This document shows, one piece after another, positions 37,228 through 47,818 of a DNA stretch of 64,000 nucleotides. The stretch is from Penicillus capitatus. Lineage: Eukaryota; Plantae; Chlorophyta. The stretch's first letter is position 1, and every line of letters starts with the position of its first letter. The notes beneath the pieces are model-generated. The model saw only the letters and a program-made list of their open reading frames with translations, was not told the DNA's origin and searched no databases. The stretch is from assembly GCA_965649825.1 (NCBI GenBank), contig OZ287698.1:1594668-1658667 (forward strand), read 5' to 3'. The position numbers and the translations under genes are program-made.

Positions 37228-39183
37228 TTAGTTACTCTGTTTCTCCGTTTTTCTGTCCAGAATACCACCCATATCAAATTCAGGAGGCGCATAGTCAATA
37301 ATGCGCTGTGGATTGTTCTTGGTGCCGGATCCAGCGCCGGCAATAACGCGGAGCGATTCAACGGCCATCAATGAATTATGGACAGCCCAACAAACAGTAT
37401 CGATGACGGCTTCCAATCCCTTTGGTCGCTGTCGATCTGTCAACTCCGTCACATCCATAAGTCGCTCTGTGGCTGCTTCCCATGTCAACATCCGTTGTTC
37501 TTCAGCAGAGAGTGGTTCCGGTTCGGAAGAGAGTGCCTTTTCAATGCACTCTGTAAATTCCCGATCGGTCTTGTATATCAGGCAGTTACGGAACTTAGAG
37601 AAGAAATGGTTTGATGGGTGATCTGCACACACGACAAACTTCCCCATGGCAATTGCTTCGGCCGTCGTCGTGGCAACAACATCGCTCATGCTTGGATTCA
37701 CAAAGACCTTGTAGTCTTGGATGGAAGAATCTGCGTGATCTCTGGCTCCAAAGAATTTGACATCGAGATGGCGCCTTTGTGCTTCCTCTTTCACTGCAGG
37801 AAGGTCTGCTCCGTTGCCAAAGATGTCCACATGAATATTCTGACCCATACGCTCTCCATGCTTCGATAGTAGATCCACCAGTTCTGTGTAACCCTTGCCC
37901 CAGACAACCTTGCCAATAAAATAGAGGCCTTTGGTGAAGTCCGTGCGCGTTGGGTCTTTACTAGCAGATAGAGCACGTTGTTTTCCCACCTCCAGAAAAG
38001 TGGGAGACACGCCATGTACAAACATCGTGCGTTCGCGAGGGAGAGTCTGAACGGCATCGGACAGTTTCACCACATGATGGCAGTGTGCACGAGTAATGAT
38101 CTGATTGACTCGACGCAAAATCGTTTCCTTCACCTGCCCGTTATCTTCTCGTCGAGCATAGTCCAGATAGTTTGTATGCATGACGCCGACAACGTGATTG
38201 AATTTATCTGTCCAACGACGACCATGGTGGTACCAGGTCAAATGCTCTGGCTCTTCCAGAATGGCAATGTCTGCTTCGTGATCTGGCACATATTCCGTCA
38301 AATCTCCAACGGGCAGTATACTCCCCTTGTCTCTGGCATAGCGACCGGGATAGAAAGATACTCTGAAGAATCCAGTACACCCCGTTCGCCTTTCCGCCCA
38401 ATCCCTGATGTACGCTTCCTGTTCTTCCGGTGTGTCAAACGTGGCATCTCTGGGGAAGACCTTCTCCTGATCGGTCTTCGCCAACCATGGGACCAGGAGA
38501 GTGACCTTACGGCCTGAATCATCGCTGGATAGAAATGCTGCACGTAGAAGTGGATTGACAGATGTTCCAGTCATCCATGGTAGAGCCGCTGTGGTCACAA
38601 TCGTCACACGGCGATTCGGATCTCTGAGACTGCTCTTTCCGCGTATCTGTTGCTTTCCCATGGTCAGAAGTTCTTGCACATCTCGATTGGACTCATCATG
38701 GGCCCTCTGTGTTTTGACCAGGGCATCGCGGACCGACACCACTTCATCTCCATAAGCGTTTTTCTCCAGCAGACTTCCACGCACCTGCTGAATTTCATCC
38801 CATGGCAGACTCTGTTGGAGAATATCACCGAGTTGTGCGAAGTTTTGCTGGCACCTCTCTTGATACTTGCGTCCATTGGAACTCAGTCTCGCACTAAATG
38901 AGGCCAGAGTGCGTCGACAACTCACTGCCGTCTCTTCGAGTGTCTGTGATGTCGGAGGCATTTCTAGCAATTTGAGAGTGGTCAGACTGCGCAGGTTGTT
39001 CTTACAACAGGAAGCAGTTTCCTTCATCGCGGACTGACATCGAACGGCCGCCTGTTTCGATGTGCGCAGCAACATGTTGTTACTATCGTCCTTCGCGTTG
39101 GCATTGTGGTTAGTCGAACCGAATGTGAAACCCCAGAACGACGAGGCGCCATCTTGTTTCTTGTCCGCCTTTTTGACAACCAT
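37228..39183 (-). CDS. DGD1: Digalactosyldiacylglycerol synthase, DGD1-type, intronless
   Basis: RVTIVTTAALPWMTGTSVNPLLRAAFL, DIAILEEPEHLTWYHHG, VMHTNYLDY, YFIGKVVWGKGY, VATTTAEAIAMGK; ~180-aa N-terminal extension. Confidence 0.95.
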   Translation of the reverse strand: MVVKKADKKQDGASSFWGFTFGSTNHNANAKDDSNNMLLRTSKQAAVRCQSAMKETASCCKNNLRSLTTLKLLEMPPTSQTLEETAVSCRRTLASFSARLSSNGRKYQERCQQNFAQLGDILQQSLPWDEIQQVRGSLLEKNAYGDEVVSVRDALVKTQRAHDESNRDVQELLTMGKQQIRGKSSLRDPNRRVTIVTTAALPWMTGTSVNPLLRAAFLSSDDSGRKVTLLVPWLAKTDQEKVFPRDATFDTPEEQEAYIRDWAERRTGCTGFFRVSFYPGRYARDKGSILPVGDLTEYVPDHEADIAILEEPEHLTWYHHGRRWTDKFNHVVGVMHTNYLDYARREDNGQVKETILRRVNQIITRAHCHHVVKLSDAVQTLPRERTMFVHGVSPTFLEVGKQRALSASKDPTRTDFTKGLYFIGKVVWGKGYTELVDLLSKHGERMGQNIHVDIFGNGADLPAVKEEAQRRHLDVKFFGARDHADSSIQDYKVFVNPSMSDVVATTTAEAIAMGKFVVCADHPSNHFFSKFRNCLIYKTDREFTECIEKALSSEPEPLSAEEQRMLTWEAATERLMDVTELTDRQRPKGLEAVIDTVCWAVHNSLMAVESLRVIAGAGSGTKNNPQRIIDYAPPEFDMGGILDRKTEKQSN

Positions 39184-39692
39184 GAGTGCAGCGACGAGAT
39201 CGCCAGAGAGTATGTTCGTTCAATGTTCTGCATTCTCGATAACGACGTTTCAGTTGACGATGCATCCAAATGAAGTAAGTCTGCTTGCTGGTTGGACAAA
39301 TCAAGATACCGACAAACAGACAGACTAACAGGGAGAGAGCGTCATGAGGAGTGAGTTACCCAACCACGTGTGCATTTGACGGCGTCTTCTTTCCCCAGAT
39401 GGTGGTCTGCTCCGTGATGGCCGTTCTCTGTGTCTGCTGTAATCGATCAACATATGAATCTGGGCAGCATTAAATAGATGAGCAGCAGCAGGCCTCATTC
39501 CATTCAGCAATGATGAACTCCGTCCAGAACGAGAGAGATCATAGGGAAACATCATCGAAGTAACAGCACGAAGAGACGGGAAAGAAGCAATTCAACGATG
39601 TGCGTGCAACCCTAAGCGTTCTAATGGCGTACAATGTGCGTTGAGGACGATGGTACACAATAATCAATGAAAAGATAACAGAAAGCGCTGCT

Positions 39693-42600
39693 TCACCAAA
39701 TCTGATTCATCTGAAACGCAGCCAGCAAATCCAAAGCTTCTTTCCTTACCAAGACCCGAGAATCCCCGATGGCATCGCCGGCCGCCGAATTCGCCAAACG
39801 GTCTAATACACTCTCCACTTTGTAACGCTTTATGAACTCCTACAGCACACAGCATCGAATGGTCAAGGCAGACCACTCTCTATGGGAGAAGCGCTTGCTT
39901 TCGGTCTTGGATGCATTCCATAAATACGCCTGAGGGACTTGAGTAATCTGAGACATGTCGCCGCATCTGCCTCGAGTAGCATTTCCAGAATGACTTTGGC
40001 AAGCTCAGATTGTCCAGCTGTCCGACTCAATCTGTCCGACCGGATCAGCATCCGCAGCAGTGGATCCAGGACTGCTGATATTTCATTGCTGCTACGATAG
40101 CTGTACCCACGTAATATCGTAATCAAATGCTCTACGGAGGAGGGAGAGACCAACTTCTCTTCCACTTGGTGGATATCCTCCTCCAACCACGTTGCCAGTG
40201 CATCCAATACGACTTGATGCCAACTTTCTTCAGAAAGCAAGTCAAGGAAGAGATTCAAAACGTCATGTTCCCAGAATGTCTGTCGAGTGGCTGCCGAAGC
40301 ATGCATCAACAGACGACAGAGAAGCGGCACAGAATACTTCCGAGCATCATTTTCTTCATTTCTCGTTTCCTTGAGAGTCGTCCTTGAAGGCGATCGAGAA
40401 AGCATGCATAGGTAGGGAACGATGCCATAGCGAACTGCCTTTTCTCTCCACTGCGGATTGCATTTGCAGATAGTGTCAATCACAATCAGTGCCTCTGTCT
40501 GTATCTGGTTTGTCAGCGATGACCGTTCTCTCTGTCCCAGAAGGGGAACAAGATGCTCAACGGTCCCTGCTTCTTGTAAATGCACGACGACAGATGGCTT
40601 CTGACTGAGATGCTTGAGACAGACCACTGCCCTTCGAACAAGGTCCCTGGGCGGCAAGCGCAGCTGAAATACACACATCTCGATTGAACAGACTGCTCAG
40701 AGGCAGCTCGGCAGAAAGAAACGCACCAAGAGCAGAAACTGTCGGAGTGTTCTTGGACGGAGGAGGTGTCCGTGAACTTCACTTTCGCTCATAGATATTT
40801 TGAGAAGAAGATTCATGATCTTGTCTGAAAGAATCTGTACTCTCTCTAGCTGACTCTTCTGATTCGATCGCAGTGAATCTGATGCTTCTTGAGTATTGCT
40901 GGGAGCTGCCATTGACATCGATGTATCACTTGACTCACGAGGACATTCTGCACAACTCGACATTTCACTTGGTGTTCCAGGAACGCAGGGCTCCGAGATA
41001 CTGTCTGTGGACGAATAGGATTTTCTTGTCATGCTGACAGTCGTGGTTGGCATCGCTTCTGCTGGCGTTGCTGGAATGTCGTCCAATGGTGTGCGACGGC
41101 ACGTATGATGAACAGAAGAAAGACAAACAATGAGATGCCTACACAGATCTGCCATGCACAGCATCCGCATCAGTTTGCTTTCTAAGGATCGCTGGCTCTC
41201 CATGGCCCTTCCCAGACATGAGACAGCAATCTCCTTCAGTTCCAGACTCTTTCGTTCTCCGTCACCCAAAAGCATAACAAGATATTTGAGACCCTGACAT
41301 TGAATCAAGCTGTCTCTCGACTGTACGCTTGCAAAAGCCATCGATTGAAGGAAGCGTGCCGCCTCGAGGCGTACAGTGAGAGGGAAAACTGTAGCTGCGA
41401 ATTTGAAGATTTCTCCTGCTAACCCAACCTGAGCGGCATCTCTCAACAACAACGAATCGTCGCCGCAGACACAATTGGATAAAGAAAGGGTGAGCTCAAC
41501 GACCACCAGATCATCGAACTGAAGCAATAACTCCAGAAGGGTCAGAAGACCATCCGAATGAACAAAGAACGATCTGGCCTCGACATCATGTCGAATCAAG
41601 TTGACAAGATCGCGGAGAGCCGGAAGAATGGATGTTAGAGGGAGATGGGGATGTAGGGATAAGAGCACTTTACGGATATTGCTCGGATCGTATTGTTCAC
41701 AGCAGTTGGTCATCTAAACATTCCACGTCTGTCAGCTGTCAGTGCGATATTATATGTGATCCCACCTGCGTTGTGTGGTAGGCATCCCAGTTCTGGTCCA
41801 TCTGACTTCTGCAGATACCATTTTCAAAGTCTGTAGAACAGATGATGTGTTGCTGCTTTCTTGAGAATGTGGAGAGAGAACGAACCATAGACACGATCTC
41901 TGAAAATGGTGACAAGGATGCTCTTTTCATTCGAGACAGGCTGCGGACTCGGTGTCTGAGCCTCGGGACTCACTGTACCGGAAGCTACTGACAGAGACTG
42001 AACACATGCATGTGCATTAATCATGAGTCGTCGTTGTTATGTCGGTTCGCACCATTGTGTCTTTGTCCGTTGCTTCTTCTCTCCAGGCTTTCTTCCTTCC
42101 AATCACAGTGGATGTATCCGATCGCGCGGATTCATTTCGACTCTGTCCTCGTTCCTTCTCCGGTGATGATTGACTGGACTGAAAAAACAGAGAGCATTGC
42201 TGCTGCATGGGCACATGGCATACAGAACAGTACCGGTGGAAGTGCGACAAATACTTTCCTTTGGCTGTCTGTTGATAACCGCCTGCGAAGTCTCACATAA
42301 TTATCTTCTTCGACATCTGTAGCATCCATTGGATGGCCTTCATTAATGGCTGCGCTAGAAGAGCGACTGAGCGCTAGTGGAGAATCTGTCCTCTCTGGAG
42401 ACGTTGCCTGAGATTCAACAAAACAGAATGCAGTGAGTGAATGAGATCAGCGTGTGATGATGGGCTTACAGGTTCTATTTCTGATGTATGGTCACTAGAC
42501 GGCTTTGAAGTGCGTGTGCTCGCTTTGTGTTGAAAGATACGCGCAACAACAGATCGACCATGGTGAGGAATAGTTGAAGGCGAAGGAGCTGACAGTGATG

Positions 42601-43737
42601 ATGGAATGGGATTCAGTTTATTGGGAGAGACACTACGGTCTTGATTTTCAGATATCCATTCATGCTTCAGAAGATCGGTAGCAGATGGCCTTTTCATGGG
42701 GTCCTGCAGCAGCAGCAGCAGATATGGAACATCTAAGGGTGTTTGGCTAGTACCTTTATAAAACAAGAGAGAAGAAAAGAACGAAGAGAATCTGAGATTC
42801 CTTGAGGTAGCGGTGGGTGTTTATCTTGAACAATTCGAAAAAGAGCAGAAAGAGGCTGACAATCAAAATACGGTGCTGAACCAGTGAGTAATTCCACAAT
42901 GAGGCATCCGATACTCCAAATATCGGCAGCTGTGGTAACACTGGACAACTCAATCACCTGACAGCACCATTCTGACATGGAGAGATGGTAGGGAACCGTG
43001 TGAGCACACCTCTGGAGCCATCCAATAAGGGGATCCAGCAACAGTCTTATCAGTTTCCTCCTCTGTCCCCTTACTCCCCCTATCAGCTAATTTGGCGGCC
43101 ACCCCAAAATCAGCTAGTTTGATGACCATCTGCATGCAGTCACATCAGAAAAAACTAGACAGACGTGTCTTGGACGGAAGGATGGCCATACATCTTTAGT
43201 GGTTAATATGTTCGCTCCTTTTATGTCTCTATGCACGACTCCTTGGTCATGCAAATACTCTAATCCACTCAGCACTTGAGCAACATAAAGTGCGACCCAT
43301 CTCTCAGAGAATGCTCCGTAATTCGTTTGTTTGATGACACCAGCTAAGGAACCACTCTCCATGAACTCCAGAATTATGTACAAATGATTATTTGTCTTTA
43401 TGGAATCGTAGTATTGAACGATATTCTCATGATCTAAATTCTTGAGAAGGTCGATTTCGCCTACGACTCCATTGAGCTGTTCCTTCGAAACGCCAGTGAG
43501 TGGTATCTGCTTCACTGCCACAAAACGACCTTCTTGCTGGTCGAAAGCCTTAAAAACGCGACCATTGGCTCCACGTCCCAGCTCAGCACCAATGGTGTAG
43601 CGACCCGCCAGAATAGACTGCCCTCCACGAGGAACGTCGCTAAACGGCGAAGACGATGTTGGAGTTGGTGGTCCGCGAGGGATCGGCGAGGAACGATGTG
43701 AACTGCTTGCGCCTTCAGGACGTCCTCCATTCGACAT
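39693..43737 (-). CDS. MAP3K epsilon / Cdc15-like Ser/Thr kinase with ARM-repeat C-terminus
   Basis: [60 protein letters not shown]; helical-repeat C-terminus ending [23 protein letters not shown]. Confidence 0.92.
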
Positions 43738-45268
43738 TGTTTCTGTGGTGGGACGATAAACAATACGCGAACGCGAAGAATCGAAACCCACTCACTCGTC
43801 CTGCAACTTATTGTGTGCAGGAACGCTTTCTTGCGACGATGGCGTGCTTCGAAAAGATGCAAAATGAGATGGTGGTGGTGGCGAAGACCGAACGTCTTTC
43901 AACACGCCGTTCGTTTGTTCGTTTCCATTATGCGTGTCGGGATTAACCGCACAAGTGTTGGTCGGCTGTCGCAACTGCGTCTCCGTCCAATCGCTGCTGG
44001 AAACGAAAGACAGTTGCCACCCTCTGGGACTGTCGGAGAGGACCGGTATCCTTTAACAGTCAGAAAGGGAGACATGCGTCGTCGGTGATGCGCCATGCGT
44101 GTTTAGGTTTAAAGATTTGAAAGTTCCAGGGACATATTGGTGGAAAGAGGCCAACACGAAGGGATCCGAACTCGCAGTGACATTCGACACAGGCGAAGGC
44201 GAGATTGTACTCTTAGTTGCCATTCGGCCGAACGCGCATTATTGAAATGGATTCAGGAGGTGCGGGCTCTCTCCGGTGATAATGTACTAAGAACAGCTGA
44301 GGGATGTGGTGCCATGAAGCCGAATGTGTAAGCTGTTTAGGATGGAAACAATGTCCACTTTATGTGTTTTGTGCATGCTTAGCGATTTCTGCTTGGAAGG
44401 CACGTGTGAGCTGTGTCTTGTGGAGGGTAAAGGTTTGCAAGAAACATCCTGGAAGGCAGACCCAACAGGCAAGCGATCATGCATCCAACTACAATGAAAC
44501 CGAAGGCAATCTTCTGAACACAGGAAAAGGCGTTGTCCGATCGTGTCTGACGCCATTTCCTGCAGGATGCGCAAAGATGATGGTCAAAGTGCTCAGTGAT
44601 GAAGAGATATGGAACGAAGGCGTCGTCTAATCAACGACATGACAATCTACGTACTCAGCGATGAGGAATGAGGAATGAGACAGTTGTCTAAACAGTGAGA
44701 TGACCATGACTTCTTCAAGAGCATGCACTGCTTTACACATCCATGTTGATACAGTTTTGTAAATCCTCTTGGCAAAAATCGGTTGTCCCATTTGAATGGA
44801 GAACTTGTTGACGTGGATTCGGTCAGTCTTCGATACGTTTGATAAGATTAAACCCGCATAAATTCCATGCATGTCGTGTCACGTTTGTCACGCGGGAGAC
44901 ACCGCGCTAAGAGAACAAATAGCGGACGACTTCAAACGTTCTCACAGCAAGGTGTCTACAAGTTCGCATCTACGGATTTATATGCCAGCTGTGACTAGAC
45001 AGGTAAGTTCATCAGCCTCTCGGTACCATAAAAAAGGGACTTTGAGTTGACGTGAACACCACATGAGCACCCCTTGGGAAACAGGACACTTGGAAAACTA
45101 GGTAGGCGATGTGACAGCGACACGAGAGCGTAACAACGTTACGAAGAGAAGTCGCCCACAATGACAATAATTAATTTATCTTCGCATCTCGCTGCCGCCA
45201 CCGCGTTTCCGTTGTTGATCGATACAGATTGCGATTAACGTTTCGAGCAGCAGTAACTACACACCGCG

Positions 45269-45496
45269 ATGTTGGCTGACAAATTACTCGACGCGATGGA
45301 CAATCCTAGCGAGGTGCACGCAAACCCCAAGCTGAGGCGTTGCATTTCGACAATCGACACGGAGAAGGTACAAATATATGGCGTACAAAAGATGCGATGT
45401 GTGTTTACAGGAAAGGTGTTCTCTTTCATTTTCTTGGACGTTGAAAAAGGGCAGATGCGATGTGCTGCTTTAAGGCAGCGCGACATCTTCGACTAG
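45269..45496 (+). CDS. Small hypothetical protein (75 aa)
   Basis: ATG-initiated ORF with protein-like composition; no recognised motif. Confidence 0.3.
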   Translation: MLADKLLDAMDNPSEVHANPKLRRCISTIDTEKVQIYGVQKMRCVFTGKVFSFIFLDVEKGQMRCAALRQRDIFD

Positions 45497-45568
45497 ACCA
45501 AAGAACACACTAGACAAACCAGAGACGGTGTGGATGCAGCGCTTTTATAGGACGGGCCGTGCAGGGCA

Positions 45569-45599
45569 CTACGGCGCGTCGACCGACCACGCGCCGTAG
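45569..45599. other. Perfect GC-rich hairpin (11-bp stem, 9-nt loop)
   Basis: ctacggcgcgt-cgaccgacc-acgcgccgtag, about 35 bp from the foldback palindrome. Confidence 0.9.
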
Positions 45600-45633
45600 C
45601 ATAGTCATCGAGTGTTGATCCGGTCGATTAAGG

Positions 45634-46204
45634 GGGTAAAATCACTATAACCCGGCCCTCGACGCCAAAGTAAGGGGGTAAGTTCATTGTAACCCGTCCT
45701 CAGACCTCAAGTCAGTGGGTAAGTTCACTGTAACCCGTCCTCAGACCTCAAGTCAGTGGGTAAGTTCACTGTAACCCGGCCCTCGGCCTCAAGATTTGGG
45801 GGAAGTCATGTGTGAAACAAACATGTTGGGGCACCTGAACTTGAAGGTGTTCTCAACTTCGGGCCGCATCAGTCGGCTTCCACGTCCATACTTCACCCCA
45901 ACGTTAAGCAACTGGTGTACGACTATCAAGTCATCTTCACGCATTTCGACGAGTGAACAAGAATGACGGACCGCGTTCTCATGAACATGCCCACCTTCGA
46001 GTTCAGGCACCGCAACATGTTTGTTTCACACATGACTTCCCCCAAATTTTGAGGCCGAGGGCCGGGTTACAGTGAACTTACCCACTGACTTGAGGTCTGA
46101 GGCCGGGTTACAGTGAACTTACCCACTGACTTGAGGTCTGAGGCCGGGTTACAGTGAACTCACCCCATTATTTTGGCGTCGAGGGCCGGATTACGCGAGC
46201 CTAC
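45634..46204. mobile_element. Foldback-like element: ~202-bp inverted arms (45648-45849 / 45992-46193) made of 41-bp tandem units around a 142-bp spacer
   Basis: Units gggtaagttcactgtaacccg(t/g)cctcagacctcaagtcagt start at 45676, 45717 and 45758, with a degenerate copy at 45634; mirrored on the right arm. The inverted repeat is directly visible; mobility is an inference (no TSD or transposase seen). Confidence 0.7.
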
Positions 46205-46434
46205 ATGCCGATTTCGATGAAGTCACCCGAAAAACAGGACACCGGTTGCTCGTTGCGGCGATGGTCGCATAACCATTGAAATGGATTATATTGATTATAT
46301 TTTTTTGTCAATAATTTTTTTAAACAAATCAGGATTTTAACACCCGCCCTAAACTAAAAAAGGCCGAGTGTTAAAGAAATACCAATAGGTAATGTTGCTC
46401 CAATACCAAGCCAAATCGATATGAGCTAGATGCC

Positions 46435-46910
46435 ATGAAGTTCTACGACAGACTCCACATCGGCAGCAACTACATAACTTTAAACGCGGACATCACTCGA
46501 ATCCGAGACACGGTAGTTAACATCTCATACTTTTCTCGCTCATTCGTGGATTTCTGTTCAACTGTTGAAAGGCTTCGAGACGGACTTTGAGATACGACCG
46601 AACATCTCCTCGACCGTGGATTTTGTGCCCGGCGAGGCAGCTGAAATCAGCGCCCTTCGCGTCTTCCATATGGTATGATAATCTCACTCTTTTGGCTGCC
46701 GAAAGTGGCGTAACGTGTTGTGTAGTTCAAGACGATCGAATCGATTCGTCACATGGACAGTGGAAAGCCGTCGATGCGATTGACATCGTTAAAAATGTCG
46801 AAAGCAATCAACGCATTAGGAAGCGAGACGGCGTTGAAGTGGTGATTAAACGCATCACGATCAAAGACAATTCCGATTGCTCTATCGAAGTGCACTTCGC
46901 TCTTCTGTAA
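46435..46910 (+). CDS. Hypothetical two-exon protein, possibly a degenerate gene
   Basis: ATG at 46435, GT-AG intron 46513-46571 joins in frame to ORF 46587-46910; no recognisable domain; further coding-like fragments to ~47500 are out of frame. Confidence 0.3.
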
Positions 46911-47818
46911 GCATTCACATACAGTCTTCGGTCTAGATCACATTGTGGGACCATATATGGCTGTTAACAAAGGAAACGAGATTGAAACTGTAATGAGCGA
47001 TGGCAACAACAAAGAAGTCTGCCGATTGAGTCTATCGTACATAACATCGACAACAATAGGTGATGATTTCCCTGTCATCTCACGCGAACCAGCGGCATCT
47101 TACCCCTCAAAAGGTCCGCTTACGATGTAGACATTCAACGCTACACGAAGCGCAAGCAACAGCTTCACTCGAACGACAACCCGGACCCTCGAACTGGGCC
47201 GACGACGTTCCGACGCAATTCCACACGAACTCTTTGACATACGCGAACCCTAACGATCCGATCTCCGTCTTTCTGCAAAGACTACAAGGAGCAGTATGCA
47301 CAGACAGCTACAGGCCGTGTCCATGTGCAGCATCAATTTGATCTACCACACTCGTGACGACACCAGATATCTTCTTCATTTAGCGCAAAGGAAAACGATT
47401 GGACCTTTTAGTGAACTTACACGCTGGAGAATTTCAGGCGTCTATCTTGCCAGTCGAAATGGAAGCATGCGATCTGGAGGCATTGGTACCTAAGCTCTGT
47501 AACTTCAATTTGTGATGTTGCCAATGTTTGTTTTGGGATTAACGGATCACGAAGCATATGTATCGAAATGACATCTCGTCGAGCCAGTACTTATGCTCTT
47601 CTCACCTGATTGCATAGAGACTCTTCAAGCTAGGGTACTGTTTCAGTCGATTCATGTAAGAATTGGTTCCGCTAGCAGTGCACCGAATCGACCTGTATGG
47701 AGAACAAGGAATAACGAAGAAAGGAACCTGTGAGTAAGAATCCCTCCTCTGTCTTGGTTGGATGACTGATTTAAATAGAAGGCGGTTTTTTAATCCTTCT
47801 AATCTTTCGTTCTTTCTC

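Noticed and set aside
11440-43200. Introner-like (transposon-derived) introns
   Set aside because: The introns I compared share length but not sequence, terminal repeats or consistent TSDs.
2098-43946. Numerous 60-230 aa ORFs overlapping or antisense to the called genes
   Set aside because: They are shadows of real coding exons in other frames or strands and lack recognisable domains.
44100-44900. Short ORFs upstream of the kinase (44137, 44304, 44627)
   Set aside because: No motifs, no consistent splice chain, and they overlap on opposite strands.
45676-45798. 41-bp repeats as a CRISPR array
   Set aside because: Units are directly adjacent with no unique spacers, are mirrored as an inverted pair, and no cas genes are present in a eukaryotic context.
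45648-46193. Interstitial telomere (TAACCC/GGGTTA within each unit)
   Set aside because: Only one hexamer per 41-bp unit; no tandem telomeric tract.
45079-46242. 11-bp direct repeat aaacaggacac (45079 and 46232) as a target-site duplication
   Set aside because: The enclosed ends show no terminal inverted repeat, the repeat is asymmetric relative to the palindrome, and one 11-mer match in ~1.2 kb is plausible by chance.
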